A DNA stretch of 64,000 nt. Source: Phoronis australis (Eukaryota > Animalia > Phoronida). This document shows, piece by piece, positions 1 through 13,809 of this stretch. The DNA lies in assembly GCA_002633005.1 (NCBI GenBank), contig NMRA01000642.1, positions 62,001 through 126,000 of the forward strand. Direction: 5' to 3'. Under the pieces are notes generated by a model, which was not told the origin of the DNA, did no database searches, and was given only the letters and a program-made list of their open reading frames with translations. Made by a program: the position numbers and the translations under genes. The number at the start of each line of letters is the position of its first letter. Within the stretch, counting starts at the first letter, position 1.

Positions 1-1397
1 GGAAAACCTGATAAAATAAAAAGAGGAGTACTCATTAAATCCATAGAAGAGGGTGGATTGATGATGGTTGATGTCAAAAAATTTAATATGTCTTTAAAAA
101 TTTCATAGATTAGAAGATTCTTTTTAACAACATCCCCATGGACTTATTTGTTGCAAAAAGATATCGGGCTTACTAAAGATGGAATGTTGAACTATGGAGA
201 CTATAGATTAACTAGATCGGATAATTGTAACTCTTTTTGGGCAGAATGCTTCCAGTATTGGAGCCTTTTAATTCACAAACAAACTATTTCAGGTCACGAA
301 GATGCGGTGTCAATTAATGTGTGGGCCAACAGTTGTATAACGGTGGAATACAGCCCTTGTATTTATGAGTCATTCGTTGAAAAAGCTATAATATTTGTGA
401 ACGATTTTTTAGACTGGAATGATAACTTCTACATCTTTGAAAGTTTCCAGACGATTCATCAGATTAATGTCAGCTTTCTCAAATATTATTCAATTGTCAG
501 TGCAATAAAAAATATCTGAAAACGTTTTCCAAAAACTTAATACTAAAAAAGTTATGTGGACCACTTGTACCTTTTTCCCTAAAAAATATTATTTTGACGA
601 AAAAGGGGTGTCGGGATTCTTACCGTATTCTGTGCAAAAATGACATAATACCATCGGCTCAAAAGAAATTCGAAGTATTGGGATTTTCCCTATCACAGAT
701 GTGGAACTTCTATTACAAACTTCCACATGAATGTACGAATAACACAAACTTAATTTTCTTTCAGTTCCGCTTACTGCATAGAATTTTTCCTATTAACTAC
801 TTTTTAAATAAGATTAGATACGTGGACTCAAATGCTTGTACTTTTTGTAAATGCTTTCACGAAACTCTAGAACACTTATTCTTTGAATGTGAATATGTTA
901 CATGTAATTCTTTCTGGCACGGGGTACGTCTCTAGTTAACGACTGCAATACAAGTAAATTTTGAAATAGACAAAACCACCATAATATTTGGTCTTCAAAA
1001 TGAAAAGAATAGAATTTTGAATTGGTTTCTTTTACAAACTGAAATTTTCATTTTTAAAAGAAATTTGCTAACGTCAAACCTAATTTAAGATGTCTTAAAC
1101 TTTTTTGAATGAGTGCTTTAATGTAGAAGTTAGTGCTTCGTTAAACACACGGAAATTTAATGATACAAGACAATGGGAAGACTGGAAATGTGTTTTTGAA
1201 ACATGAGGGGACCCAGAGAGTTGACCAGATGCCAGAACAGAAACTTAAGTAGTACTTTTTAACTTCGAAGTAACGATGAAATGCTTTCTCGTTAATTTTA
1301 TGCACAGCTCTGTACGTTGTTGTGTTGTGTTGTGCTGTGTGTATATTTGTATATGTATTTGTCTTTTGTAATAAATGTATTAATTGTGAAAAAAATA
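1..1397 (+). mobile_element. 3' end of a degenerate L1/Tx1-clade LINE (ORF2 C-terminus with RT zinc-binding domain)
   Basis: ORF 594-935 reads FQFRLLHRIFPINYFL..CTFC..ETLEHLFFEC..FW (zf-RVT pattern). The upstream frame reads LIKSIEEGGL. Stops and frameshifts are present. AATAAA near 1370 is followed by a short A tract near 1389-1396. Confidence 0.85.
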
Positions 1398-1504
1398 CCG
1401 TTGATATTTTTCATAATCTTTTATTCCTAAATATGGCAAATTAAAGATCTTCTGCTCTGAATTTGAGAACTGTCAATGGGTTTACATGTATCAAAATTGT
1501 ATAG

Positions 1505-1640
1505 CAGCGGATTTAAGGGAGGGCCCTAAAATTCTCCCATATTTCATTTGGAACTTCAGGGTTGCAATCGCTTGACGGGCAAAATCCTGGCTAATACTCT
1601 GCCTTGGCCCCCTTAACTCAAAATCCTGGATCCGGCCCTG
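1505..1640 (-). mobile_element. MITE of the GGCGGATC...ATCCGCC family
   Basis: Ends gcagcggattt / aaatcctggatccggccctg match the copies at 2644, 15720, 33582 and 48562. Confidence 0.6.
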
Positions 1641-2643
1641 AGTTTATAAATCTCCAATAAGAGTTTCAAGACCAAGAATATTCTTGAGACTGCATGTCAC
1701 ACACCACTTCGTTTATTTAGTTTTGTGAATTCACGGCAGATCGCAAAAATGTAGTTTGTACTCTCACCTATGTCAAAGCATACTTTTAACTAAGACAATA
1801 ATCAAAATTACTGTCTAAGTTAAGACCGAAGACCAATATCCGACTTCGTGTTCATGAAGCGGTATATTCCGAATTCTCGTCTTGGGCAGAAATTAAGAAA
1901 GATTTTGACATTTTGGTTTTAATGTAGAATTTCTTGATCTTATTTCTCAACTAAGTTTTCATGAAACGAGTCCCTGTGTATAACACGTCTTGGTTATTTA
2001 GAAAAGTGTGTGGTCTTCAGTTGCTTGTGGAAATAAATAAATTCGACACAATACATCTTCTTGTCTTGTGTATCTACACTAGGACTGAAGTGGGCAATTC
2101 TCTTTCAAAATTGTAGTCGCACCGCCTATGCGGTCTTTCAGCTTTACCCGTGTGCTATGGCTTAGGTTAGTTTACCTCCTTTATACAGTAGTTATCAAAT
2201 GTCTAGTATTGGGTATGTTAATTATCAATTAGTAACCGTCAACATTATTGACATAAAATGGACATTAATCAGCCTGCGAGTTGTTAAAGGGACTGTCTCG
2301 CAATTTTTTCAACTTGTAAGAGTTACATATATAAATTATTCCAGAAATAAATCATCTTGCATTGAACTGAAATAGAGTTTTGTGAACAAATACATCATTT
2401 TTGGGTTTTTGGATTGTCTTCGTTGCGTTATTAAAGTTTTGAGGTGTGCCTAAATCGCAATATATTCAAACTTCTACACTTTGGAAAAAGAAGGTGGAAA
2501 ACGGTTTACCCATCTACCATTTTAATAAATCACTAACATGACATTGAACTTTTGAAAACATTGGCCACAAGACAACCTGCGAGATTAGGTGTGAAAACGA
2601 GGAACAACCTCTCTTGCCATTCAACCAGTCCCCGTGTCACTCA

Positions 2644-2792
2644 CAAGGGGCGGATCCAGGATTTTGACTTGGGGGGGGGGCAAGGCACAGGAATAACCAG
2701 AATTTCGCCACATGCGCGCCCAACCTATGGTGTAGGGATGCAGGGGTCTCAAATCTTTGGGTTTGTGAACGTTATTACAAAAAAGCGGTAAA
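2644..2792 (+). mobile_element. Partial MITE, same family as 48562-48872
   Basis: gggcggatccaggattttgacttgggggg...ggaataaccagaatttcgcca...gggtctc...tttgggtttgtg aligns by eye with 48562-48712. Confidence 0.7.
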
Positions 2793-4428
2793 CGGGTTTG
2801 TTCGGACTGTGTTGTGTGTACCGATGTATTGTACTGCCTTCTGCTTAGTTGACATTGCTACAAAACAGACCGTTGTAATATATCCTGGTTTATCACGGCG
2901 CACCACCAACTGTATTTTAATGAGTGGGCCCTCTCCCAGAATAAATAAAACCACCTGAGGTTATTGAAAATCTGAAACTCACAGGGCATGAATTGGAAGC
3001 GATAAACCTGCATAAGAAAATCTTACACCTGTTTAGAGCCAAAGGGACTAACGTTAGTTTCTCATTTGCTTTAATTGTCATTAAAGGATTTATGAATGCG
3101 CATTCAGTAGACGAGCGGCAGCTTAGTTAAGACGTACACGAATTGTTTGCACGAATACGTTTGGAGTCTTGGAAATGGTTTGTATCTGGTAGTGGTCCAG
3201 TTGATTAAATGTGTCACCAGTGGTTTAACTTACACATGTAGTTGAATAGTCTTAGATTTCACGTTTTTCATTTTGGTTCTTTGCTTAGAGGTCACCGTTA
3301 CAGTCTCTTAAGCAACAGCATCTATGAGAGGCAAGAAATTGAAAGCTATGTAAGTGTATTTGGTTTTTGAAAAGTCAGCTCAAATTGTCTTGAAAGCGGA
3401 TTAACCTTGTTGCAGAGTGGCAGTTCTATGGTTCAAAGGGACGATATCGATGATACGACCGAAACACGCATTTTTAGAGTTATTGTTGGGCGAATTATAG
3501 TTCTTGAAGTTATAACTTCTGATCACAGTTTTAAAACATCAAAATCCATTGTTTTCTTGTGACTTTCTTATAAATCCATAGTTGTCTGCCAGTTAAAGAC
3601 ACTGTTTTCGCATTATTTTGGTTAAAACTTCACAGAGCCTATAGTAATCCAAGTTAGTTCCGTCGAAACTTAAGCCCAGATAATGTTCATTTAACATAAC
3701 TCCAAAGATTTCCAAACTTATCAGAATTTAATTTGAATATTCTAGTTCATTTATTGTTTTTAGCGGTGCAACACCGCTTTAAATAGCCACTGAAGTGTGT
3801 GACAGTTGCTTCATGCATTATGTGTACTCACTCAACTGCCGCAAACTGCATTGGATTCATCGCGGAAACTTCCATTGAAAAAATACACTAATTGTAAAAT
3901 AAAAAAGGCGAAGAGGGTTGAGAGTTACGGACTGTTAATATTTTATCTTAGTGATATCTTTCGACTGATCAGATCCACTCGGTGTTCTAAATTGATGAAT
4001 GTAACGAAAACTTATATTTAATTTCGCTTAAAGTACTGTGGCACTTATCCGAAGGGGGGGGGGTAGTTGTGTTTTAGAAGCGCAAGCTGGACGGAATTGG
4101 ATGTCCCATTCCACCCCTAAAGGCTCTTGTCGCGGATTGAAAACACAAAAGGTCTACGGCGACACACGGTTGCGTTGTTGTTTGAAAAAGATTTGAGCCT
4201 CCCACAAATCATGCTTAGACTCGTTGTATTTATAACATCTATCATTAGACCTAGTTAATAAAATTTAGCCTCTGTTTCGGGGTTTTTAGAAATCCAGCCG
4301 TTAATTTCATATCGGCAATTTCTAAGGAGGTAATAATCTCTTGAGTCACCTCAAACGAGATTTGGAACTCACTTCCGTCAAGTAACATGGGTTTGAAACC
4401 TGTTTAACATGGCAGAAGTGAATTCCAT

Positions 4429-4435
4429 GCACACG

Positions 4436-4490
<55 letters not shown>

Positions 4491-4522
4491 ANACACACAC
4501 GCACACGCACACACACACACAC
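4429..4522. repeat. (CA)n microsatellite
   Basis: Directly visible; contains one N. Confidence 0.95.
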
Positions 4523-6156
4523 AAAGGACATCACAAATCGGTGGAGACATACTGTATGTGTGAATACGGTTGTAATATTTCACAGCGCGCCCCTCACCAA
4601 AAATTTGTCGGAAGAATATCGCGAAAAACGAGATCACTCAACAACACGCTTGATTATGAAAGTGAAAAGAAATTTCGATAGTGTGTTCGGGGGCTAAGCG
4701 AGGCAGTGTATACAGTAGTTAGACTCTAGTCCTTATAAATTGTAATTTGGGTAGGCCTCTTTGGTACCGGCTTGAGGTAGTCATTACTAATAGAATCATG
4801 TTGCTTGTGTTTGAGAATATATTGGGAATTTGAAACGCCCCCTAATTAGGTCTGTAGATACACTTTCTTCAAGATAAAGTCTCCGATTACATTGCTGCAT
4901 TTCTGCTTAGCGACCGAAAAATCAGCTGAGATTTCAGGTAACTCTCGAACAATCAAGACGATTTTGGAATATGTATGTAACTTGCTTTCAGAATCTCGTG
5001 CCGGCTTATGTCCAGCACTGGCAGGAGATTGGTGGTTTGGGACTGAAAATGTCAAATAAGCGTTTATCACCACCTTTTCTATTTTTGGGTGAAAGTTAAA
5101 GGGTCGAAAGAACGAGGCAGAATCAAATATCCAAGTTCATGTGTAGTAGTTTTGATGTGTACTGACTCACATCTTCCATCTTGTTCATAAAGTTTTAAAT
5201 ATAGTTGGAAAAAGGCAACAAGTCCAATGATGTGTGCTGTGGCAATCAAAACCCAGTGAGAACTGTGCAGTGTCCGCTAGGCAAGCGCGACCCAGATTCT
5301 TCTTGATTTTTTACACTCGCGACCCGGTGTGAGCCGGTCCAACGACATTAAACTGAGTTGAGCTGCCTCAAGGATGCAATACAAACTCAGGTTTAAAGTT
5401 ATTATTTCCAAGTCTTCTACTTAATTACTAACATTGTCAGATTTTCAGCGCATCATTTGTAATGTGAAATATCACTGTGACTTCACAATGACAAGTTTTC
5501 TTTTCAACGAGTAAAAGCCGCGAAAAACGTCATTTTGCTATCTATTTTTAAATCAAAATTCGTCAAATGGCACACTTTACCTAGTCAGGTCGCTAAGTGT
5601 CGCAAGTGTAAAAAGGTACTGAGAGACTGAGACACGTTTGCCTCTTTTAGCGTACACTAACAAAATGGCGATACAAAGACTGATTGAAGTGACTGTTCGG
5701 TGAAGTTGGGATGATAAATCATGGGAAATACTGTGCACCTGTATTCGCTCCATAACCGGACATTTCTCCTCGTGCCTGCTTCGCTAGTGTCTCAAGGTTT
5801 AGGAAACGCAACCCGTCTCCGCACTAATCCGTTTTCATTTGAAAACACAACTTCTTCACTGCTTTCCAAGAAGTTCTCCGTTGACATTCATGTACATATT
5901 CGTTACACTATCAAGAATTTTCCGTCCACACGAATACATGAGCGCTCCTGACGGCAGCTTTTTTGGAAAACTGGGGAACTGCAGGTCTAAACAAATAGGA
6001 AAATATGGTCTCAATGATTCGTGTGGCACTTTCACAAAGTTGTGTTTTGGGTTGAGGACAAGTGAATCCGGAAGCCCTATTCCTGAATGGATTGGTGTAG
6101 AGATGGCCTTAAATTTGCACTTCAGTACACTTTACTTTATCCTTTCTTATTCACAG

Positions 6157-6215
6157 GTAGTCCTAAAGACGTTCATTGTCATTCTCTCCTTGGCATCTAT
6201 CAGTCTCTGCGCAAG
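6157..6215 (+). CDS. EF-hand gene 1, signal-peptide exon (VVLKTFIVILSLASISLCA)
   Basis: Polypyrimidine tract plus cag acceptor; AG|gtaaaa phase-2 donor; homologous to exon 38754-38806. The initiator exon was not identified. Confidence 0.75.
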
Positions 6216-6222
6216 GTAAAAC

Positions 6223-6366
6223 TGCCTCCTGTTCAGTGACGCTAGGACCTCGCGAAAAAGCAAGAATTCGCAAGATTACGTGCGATATTGCCGTGTATTT
6301 TAAATGAGAGCACTTGACTCTGGCTAGGTTTTAGCTAGGTCCTAGCGTCTACTGAACGCACGCCTG
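6223..6366. mobile_element. Hairpin MITE (second copy at 29681-29841)
   Basis: Inverted ends gttcagtgacgctaggacct / aggtcctagcgtctactgaac; internal gatattgccgtgtattt is shared with the second copy. Confidence 0.75.
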
Positions 6367-7189
6367 GTTTTGTTAGCTACTCTGGATATGACTTATTTTG
6401 GAGTCAAATATTTTCACAAGTGTTATCCGCCGTTTAAACTGCCCAGTTAACGCTGCCTTCGGTCCTGTTTATCTAATTTCGAAAATCGAATCAGGTCTTT
6501 TACTTTGGCGGCAGCAGGAAAGAAAAGTTCGTTACAACCCCTCATGTTGCCGAATAGCACAACGAAAACATTCGGTTACTGTTAGAACAGAGTTTGATGG
6601 AGAGAGACAAGTTTGGAGCAGTGTGAACCTCCAAGGGGTCACGCGTTACGTTGGAGGCACACCTGAAGCTAAGAGTGCAGGATATCAGCACTCCCTGTTT
6701 CCATGATTAATTGTTTTCAACCTAGCATATATTTGGGATGTTTCAGAGTAGGCTGATAGCACATAATATTGTATATACTTGCATAGATACGTGTATCATA
6801 CTAAATGCTCTAAATGTTGCAGGAACAATCTACTTTATTCAGATATGGTGAGCCTTGTGATTCTTTTCATTCGTCAAAATTCTCCTTCGCACCGTTTTTG
6901 AACCTGATATGCGAGTCTAATCATTATAAACAATTGTGACACCGATATCATAAATAACACATACAATATCCTCTATTCATTGCTGTAACAACACCTACAC
7001 TGTACACGCTAAAACTGAAGTCTCATTTCTCTCAATTGCCCATGGTCGGCCCAGCTGCTTACGAGTCACGAACCGACACGTCGGGCAAATCACGACAAGA
7101 ATGATGATTGATTTGGTAATGCACAAGCATAACTCACTGACATAGTGTAAGCACAAATGAAATACTAGAGACCCGACTTAAAGGACAAG

Positions 7190-7270
7190 AAGTAGGGTTC
7201 AGTGGGATTTAAGCCTACGACCTTGTTATTAGGAGGCAGACATTCAACCCACTATTGGCTACCCTGCTCG
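7190..7270 (-). mobile_element. Degenerate tRNA-derived SINE head
   Basis: Minus strand shows A-box-like TAGCCAATAGTGG and B-box-like GGCTTAAATCCC at tRNA-like spacing; no clean cloverleaf. Confidence 0.5.
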
Positions 7271-10200
7271 TTCATTCTGGCACATTGATGTGCTGGTCAA
7301 ATACACAACGTACGGACAACTCGGGTTGATTCGCACCATGTAACAAAAACTTCGTACACTTTAGGAAACTATGATCCGGTTTCTGCAAATCTGTCATTTC
7401 TAAATCTACTTTGCTAAATGTAGATGAACATGGAATACATTCAGCGATTGTAGACGCAAGAGTGTTTGTGTTTTACCGTTTGAGACAGCTGCACTCAAAC
7501 GACAAGTTACCCCCTCCATTGTCGGGTCATTAGTCTTTTACTTAATGAAACTAAGCTTGACTTCAACCGATTTTTAATATTATTTATTTTCATAAAAGTA
7601 AAATATAAAGCCTCAAAAATTGTATACATGTTATGACTGTAAGATCTACCCATCTAATAAACTGCCTTACTGCTTAACCGCGAGACTTTTGAAATTTTGG
7701 AAATGACATAAATTCGTGCAAATACATGTACCGCTCCACAATCTTAGGTTAAGAAGAATTCATTGAGCACGTACAACCTACACGTTTACATAATACTCGT
7801 CTTCATCGTTCATATCCCAGTTTAAACCAAACATTTTTAGGGTGAGACTCGTTCCATCCAACGGGACGAACTTGAACGAGATGACATCGTGAAAGGTTGA
7901 TGAAACTAAACGGACAAATGAATACGTTGACGTCCAGCTCATTGACATACATTATATATATATATATAATATTTATATAACGGAAACAGCATGTCAAAGT
8001 GGTACCGAAAAAATGCTTGCACAAGTAACATTGACAGCTTCTCTTCCAAAACCATCCGGTCATCTTAGAAACACGTTTTGTAATTCCACAATGTCATTGG
8101 CAATTGTGCAACCAAACAAACCTGCAGTGGATATGAGTGCTTGCGAAGCATTAGAAATATAGCCGTTGGCAATTTTATCCTGAAACCAAATTTGCTCTAA
8201 TATAACCACCTGGCGTATCGGCATTATTAACAATAAATTAACTTAGTAATTACGGATATTGGTTCCTCGAGGACATCCAATTGATAATTATTTATGTTCT
8301 GATTTGTTTACTTTAATCTTCACTCGTTGATCTAAAGGTGGCTATCTCACGGTCCTTGAATTCGATATCGCTCACTTGACGGCGCTACGACCAATTCAGA
8401 TGCTGGTCAGAGTTGTCGTTTGCTACCGTGACCGGTAACAACACGGCATTTACTTGGGTCTGTTTCAGTTTTTGCAAATGTAGGTGTAAACAGCTACCAT
8501 GCCATTAAAGCAAGTTAATAAATGTAAGTAGCCCATTCACTATTAATTATTTCGCATGAATTAATGAGAATTGGATGGAAAACCCTAGGGATTGTTGGTA
8601 CCAGCTCGGTAGTCGTAGCATATGGGTCAGCATTGCCTATTGGCCTACGTACGTTGATTTTGTGTTAGAATGGTGTAAAACTATGAGCCTTCAACTAACT
8701 GGAGAATGATTTGATATGCTACACTTTTCATGAAAGTATTATTTTTGGTTTGTCTTGAGCGGTGAATGACTGTTCTTCCGGACATACGTCCAACTGTATC
8801 TGTACTGGGCCGAGAGGTGGCGCGTTATCTTATGAGGAAGGTGAGGACAGAAAGCGATCAAGTCAATAGATCTTGCGATGGCTGTGTGTTGCTGTCTTTG
8901 TCAAAGAAGTGCCAACGCCGTTTGACTACTTCCTAACCGCTCCTGTTCTAAAACCAATGTGCTGTTAGTGATTGCAAATGTGTTCCGAAACCTCCAGCTT
9001 TCTCGTTGCACAAAGGCTATAAGGGGGTCGCGTAGGAGCCAAAGTCAAACATTTCCTAATTTAGGGCTGAGCAAAAATAACTATTGACCCAATGAATCGA
9101 TTGCATGCTCTGAGACTTTAGGACAATCCCAATTTAACGAGCGTCGATTGTTTATGTAAAACTTTCTTTAAAAAATGACGTTTCCCTTCTCCCCCTGAGT
9201 CAACAGTAAGGTGGTCCAAAACGATAAGGTTAGGGGATACAATTTCGTGAACTGGGTTAATAATGAAATATGCGACACGCAGTCATGGTGTGTTGACGTC
9301 AAAAGGTAATTTTAGCACCTTCGTCCTTTGTCTAATGCCAAATAAAAGAGCTAAACTTGCAGTTATGGAATGGAACTAGCTCAGCTGAATTGATGCAAAA
9401 TGCATATTTTTTTCTTGGTGACATGGTCCTATAAGATGAATAATATGGTTCTGTAAGCCAACACACTTGGCACAGTTTTCAGAAAATGCCCAAACGCCAT
9501 GGGAAAGCGTGTTACCCCGTTTCTTTACAAGTGCAGTGTTGTGCTGTTATGCTCAAGGGTATTCCGGATACGAAGCGTCGTGAAAAAGAAGCAATGTACC
9601 ACAGGTGTGCTTCGACAGTGTCTAGGAAGAAATGCAGTCTCCAGAAATACAATCTCTTTATTTATCACTTTGACCACATTGAATTCATCAATTGCTAATG
9701 AACGTAATAAACGCAAAGAAGTATTAGGCCCATCGCCTAAGTTTGGTGATATTTCACCGAAAGAATCCTTACTTATAGTACTTCAAACCGTTATGAACAA
9801 CCTTCTCTCACATCGACCCGGCGTTAGACATTTATTCTTGACACGGATACAACCGACCTTTCCAATCTACTGCTGCCGGCGGTTATTTGTTTCTTGTTTT
9901 CTCGCTGTGACGCAAAATGTGTCGCGGAAAAACTACATCAAGTATCAGTTGATGTGCCTGGATTTGATTAATTAAATGGTGCAAAATCTTGTGTTACTAA
10001 ATCATAATTGTTACTTCCAATACAACAAAAACCACATCAACTTGTTTGATGAAGTTTTTAAAACCGAGGCTATTCCTCAACAAAAACGCGCCTTACACTA
10101 ATTGGCCAAACTTCAAGTATTTGTCATAGACTTGGACCTCAGCCAACGGGTAGCGCACTCTCCCGGTGAACGTTGGTAACATGTCCGCCAGGTTCGTCTG

Positions 10201-10491
10201 CTAGTCTGTGTGCTCAAAGAGTTATGGAAGACTTGCTTGCGATAAAGTGGTTTAGTCAACATAAAAGATGTTTCAACGAGTCAGTTTTAACAGTGACGTA
10301 TGAACTGTGAGTTTAAATGGGACTATAAGCCCTAAAACACGTACATGTACGCACTACCACACTGAACAAAATGGCAGCGTTGGTTGAGTATACGTCCTTG
10401 GCGTTAACGGCGTGGTTCTAAGGGCCACCGTTAGTTTGAACAGTCTGCTCAATTGTCAACATAAATTAAACCATTTTAATAACTGTTCCAG

Positions 10492-10710
10492 TGTTCACAA
10501 ACGAGAGGTTTCGAAGGAGGAGGCATTTAAAGCGTATGACAAAAACAGCGACGGAGTGATTTCTGCTGATGAAGTAGCGACAACACTCACCCTCTTCGGG
10601 AAGATGGACAACGCCAACAGATCATCAGAGATTATTTTTAAGGATGATGTCAACGGTGATGGAGTTGTGTCCTTGTCGGAGTTCAACGTTACTTACGTCA
10701 TTTTGAACAA
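10492..10710 (+). CDS. EF-hand gene 1, exon with EF1 and EF2
   Basis: ttccag acceptor, AA|gtatgt donor, 219 nt, phase 2-2; loops DKNSDGVISADE and DVNGDGVVSLSE. Confidence 0.9.
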
Positions 10711-11069
10711 GTATGTAGTTAGAAGCTTCAGTCAACTGTTTTTGTAGAAGACAACGAACGTAGAGAGGGACTAAGTTATAAAATGTTTAACTTGACTCTC
10801 ACGTAACAACCTTACTTTCTCATATCTGCAGGGAGCTGCGCGCTTTTAAAAATTAGCCACTCAAGAGACACGTGGGGCGAGGAATCTTGGGTTATGGAAG
10901 AAACATATAATTTTGTCCCAGTTTTAGCTCCATCGGGCAATTATTTTTGGTGGTGGCCATTTCGTTGGTGATAAGTGACAAGGATTTTTACTCGCTTAAT
11001 TGCCGTCTTTTTCACCCTTGCAATTTATTGCAATGTCACAAACCAATGAGCGTGACAATAATGGACTCT

Positions 11070-13315
11070 TTTTTAATGTTTATTACGAAATCTTCAGAAT
11101 ACAATGAATATACATAACCCAGAAAATGCCAAGAAGCATTAGATCTGGGTAAAAAAATACAAAGTAGTCTCTATACAATTATTATATACGAATACATAAA
11201 TAAAAAGAAGCGATGTTAAGAATACAATGATATATGACAACGAATGAAAATAATTCATTTTCATACAGATGTATAAAATTCTATCCACTCACACAAAGAG
11301 ATTTAATGTTATAAAGAATTTCTGATACTATTTCAAATAAAACCTATTTTCGTTTGAGTTAAGTTCTGGACATCCATATAGAAAGAAATTAATTTTGTTG
11401 TACAATTGCGGAATTTCGGAATATTTTTTATAAACATTGGGGTATTGTTCGAGTGCCTGGAAGAGCTGTGCCCTTTCCTCCTTGCATACCTCACAAGCAA
11501 AGAAAATATGAGAATATGTCTGGGTATCTCCACAGGAATACAGAGGCGAAATATTATTAAAATTATGTCTAAATTTCTCGTTGTTTAGGAATAGATCACA
11601 TCTTGATCTGTATAGGGTTATTTCATGGTTGCGGGGAAGTTGGAATGAGGTCAATGGGACTGGCAAGTCTGGAGTAGTGGTATGCATTTTAAAGTTATTT
11701 TTGAGAGTGACGATTGAAGTGCTTTCTTTTATTTTGAATGGTAAGGAATTCCAGTTGTCAATACATGTTAATATCGTTGATCTTCTGAAGGCTTGACTGA
11801 TGGAGGCTGGAATAGTATACACATTGCTTTGCCGGAGTCCTGGTCTCGTGCTTGGTCTTTTGTAGGAGTCAAAGAGGATTTTGTTAGAATAATTTTTTTA
11901 TGTTGGTTAAGACTTTGAATGTATACATGGACAGGTGGAGTTTACGACGGGTTGCTAGTTTGATCCAGTGAAGACTATTTAGAACCTTGATTGTGTTGGA
12001 CCCTTTGTATGCACCGGTTATGGCTAAAGCTGCTTGGTATTGTAGTCTTTCTAATTGAAGAAATATACCAGCGTTTGCCGATTGGTAGATTATGTCCCAG
12101 TAATCTAGATGTGGAAGTACAAAAGACTTGAACAGAGTTTCAAGATGCATGGACTTGAGGTGACGAGAGGTAATTCTAATTGGATTGATTAATTTTTGTA
12201 CTTTTTGAACGAGTTCGCGACAATGAGGAGTAAATGTAAGCTTATGGTCGAGTAGCAAGCCAAGATGTTTGTGCGTGAACTTATTGAGGATAACTTCCCC
12301 ATTGAGTGATAATTCCAGTGTTGGATTTGTTTGGAAATGAGTATTATTAGACTTAGAAAATTTAAGATCAACACTCTTTTCAGGTTTAAATTTCATCTTC
12401 TATTTGTGAGACCAGTCATAGAGTTTGTTAAGGTCCGTTTGAACATGTAAGGAGTCATGGGGATGCTCTTTTGAGAATGGGTGGAAAATTGCAGTGTCAT
12501 CAGCACATAAGAATGTTTTAGAGCTTATCGTGTGTGGAAGGTCATTGATGTACAGTAAAAAGAGTAAGGGGCCTAGTACGCTACCCTGTGGTACTCCAGC
12601 ATTTACGAAATCTGGCGTAGATGAAGGTGATAAGACACCCTCAATTCGGACTTTGTAAGTTCGATTTTTCAGATATGATTTAAAAAGTAAGAAGAGAGTG
12701 CCTGAGAAACCGTAAGATTGTAATTTATGTAGAATGAGGTCATGGGGAACGACATCAAAAGCTGACGCAATGTCTAAAAATACGCAACTTACGTTGTAGG
12801 CTTCCTCAAACTGGAGGTGGATGTCGTGTAAAATTTATGTAAGTTGCGACACAGTGCTGTTACCAGGCATGAATCCAAATTGGCGACGATATATGAGGTT
12901 TTGTGAAGAGAGGTGGTCAAACATGTGCTGAGAAATGATTTTTTTCTAAAAATTTGGATAAGGTGTTAAGTAGAGTTATGGGGCGATAGTTGGCAATGTC
13001 TGTTTTGGAGTTCTTTTTTGTATTGGTATCATAACGCCAAGCTTCCAGTTCGAAGGAAATTTTCCAGATTGTAGTATTTTGTTGTATAATCTTGTCAGAG
13101 GAAGTGTAAGCTCTCTTGCTATTATGTTGATCATTTTATTGGTTATGAGATTGGTACCGTTGTTTTTGTTTTCGTCAATGTTTTCTAGTAGTTTTCTGAC
13201 TTCAGACGGTTGAGCTTCTATGTAAGAGAGGTGTTATAATGTTCTGTTTGGGAATTCTGGATAGTTTATTGTTGGTGCAATGTGACTCTTGGCAGTGAAG
13301 TAGTCAAGAAATAAG
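11070..13315 (-). mobile_element. 5'-truncated degenerate CR1/L2-group LINE (reverse transcriptase)
   Basis: Minus strand encodes [22 protein letters not shown] (near 12540-12600), FLCADDTA and HKHLGLLLDHKLTF. AATAAA and a short poly(A) lie near 11070-11084. A 12-bp TSD ATAATGGACTCT is at 11058-11069 and 13316-13327. Confidence 0.9.
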
Positions 13316-13517
13316 ATAATGGACTCTGCGCGTGCGTATTACTGGGATTGTTATGGGAAGTTATTGACAGTAACCGGTTTACTAATATGAGAAGGAATTC
13401 TTTAATATAATAGGAGAAATTACATGTTAATATTTTGATGACCTTTCCAATAATTGACCTCTTCTGGTGCATTATGAGCCCCGATGAGGGAACAATTCTA
13501 AGCTCAATTAAAAGTGT

Positions 13518-13809
13518 GGTTGATGCTAAGAATCACAAATGTTTTACTTTAAGCACTTCAGAATACAAGATGAATTAATTGGTCAAACTTTCAGAAGAAT
13601 AATGCACCTAATGACCCCATGGGTGCACCAAATGACCTGAAAAGTTTGAATTCAAACTCAATCGGTTGATGCTAAGAATCACAAATGTTTTACTTTAAGC
13701 ACTTCAGAATACAAGATGAATTAATTGGTCAAACTTTCAGAAAAATAATGCACCTAATGACCCCATGGGTGCACCAAATGACCTGAAAAGTTTGAATTCA
13801 AACTCAATC
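13518..13809. repeat. 146-bp tandem duplication, near identical
   Basis: Units start at 13518 and 13664; one substitution seen. Confidence 0.9.

Noticed and set aside
2284-4050. TTAAAG-type Kolobok-like left ends near 2284, 3593 and 4028
   Set aside because: No matching right termini could be found by eye.
4346-4681. ORFs with VC/HT repeats (also 43306-43595)
   Set aside because: Translations of CA/CACG microsatellites.
10412-10747. Stand-alone two-EF-hand ORFs as called in the ORF track (also 19024-19293 and 46253-46612)
   Set aside because: Their N-termini are intronic; splice phases join them into two four-EF-hand genes.
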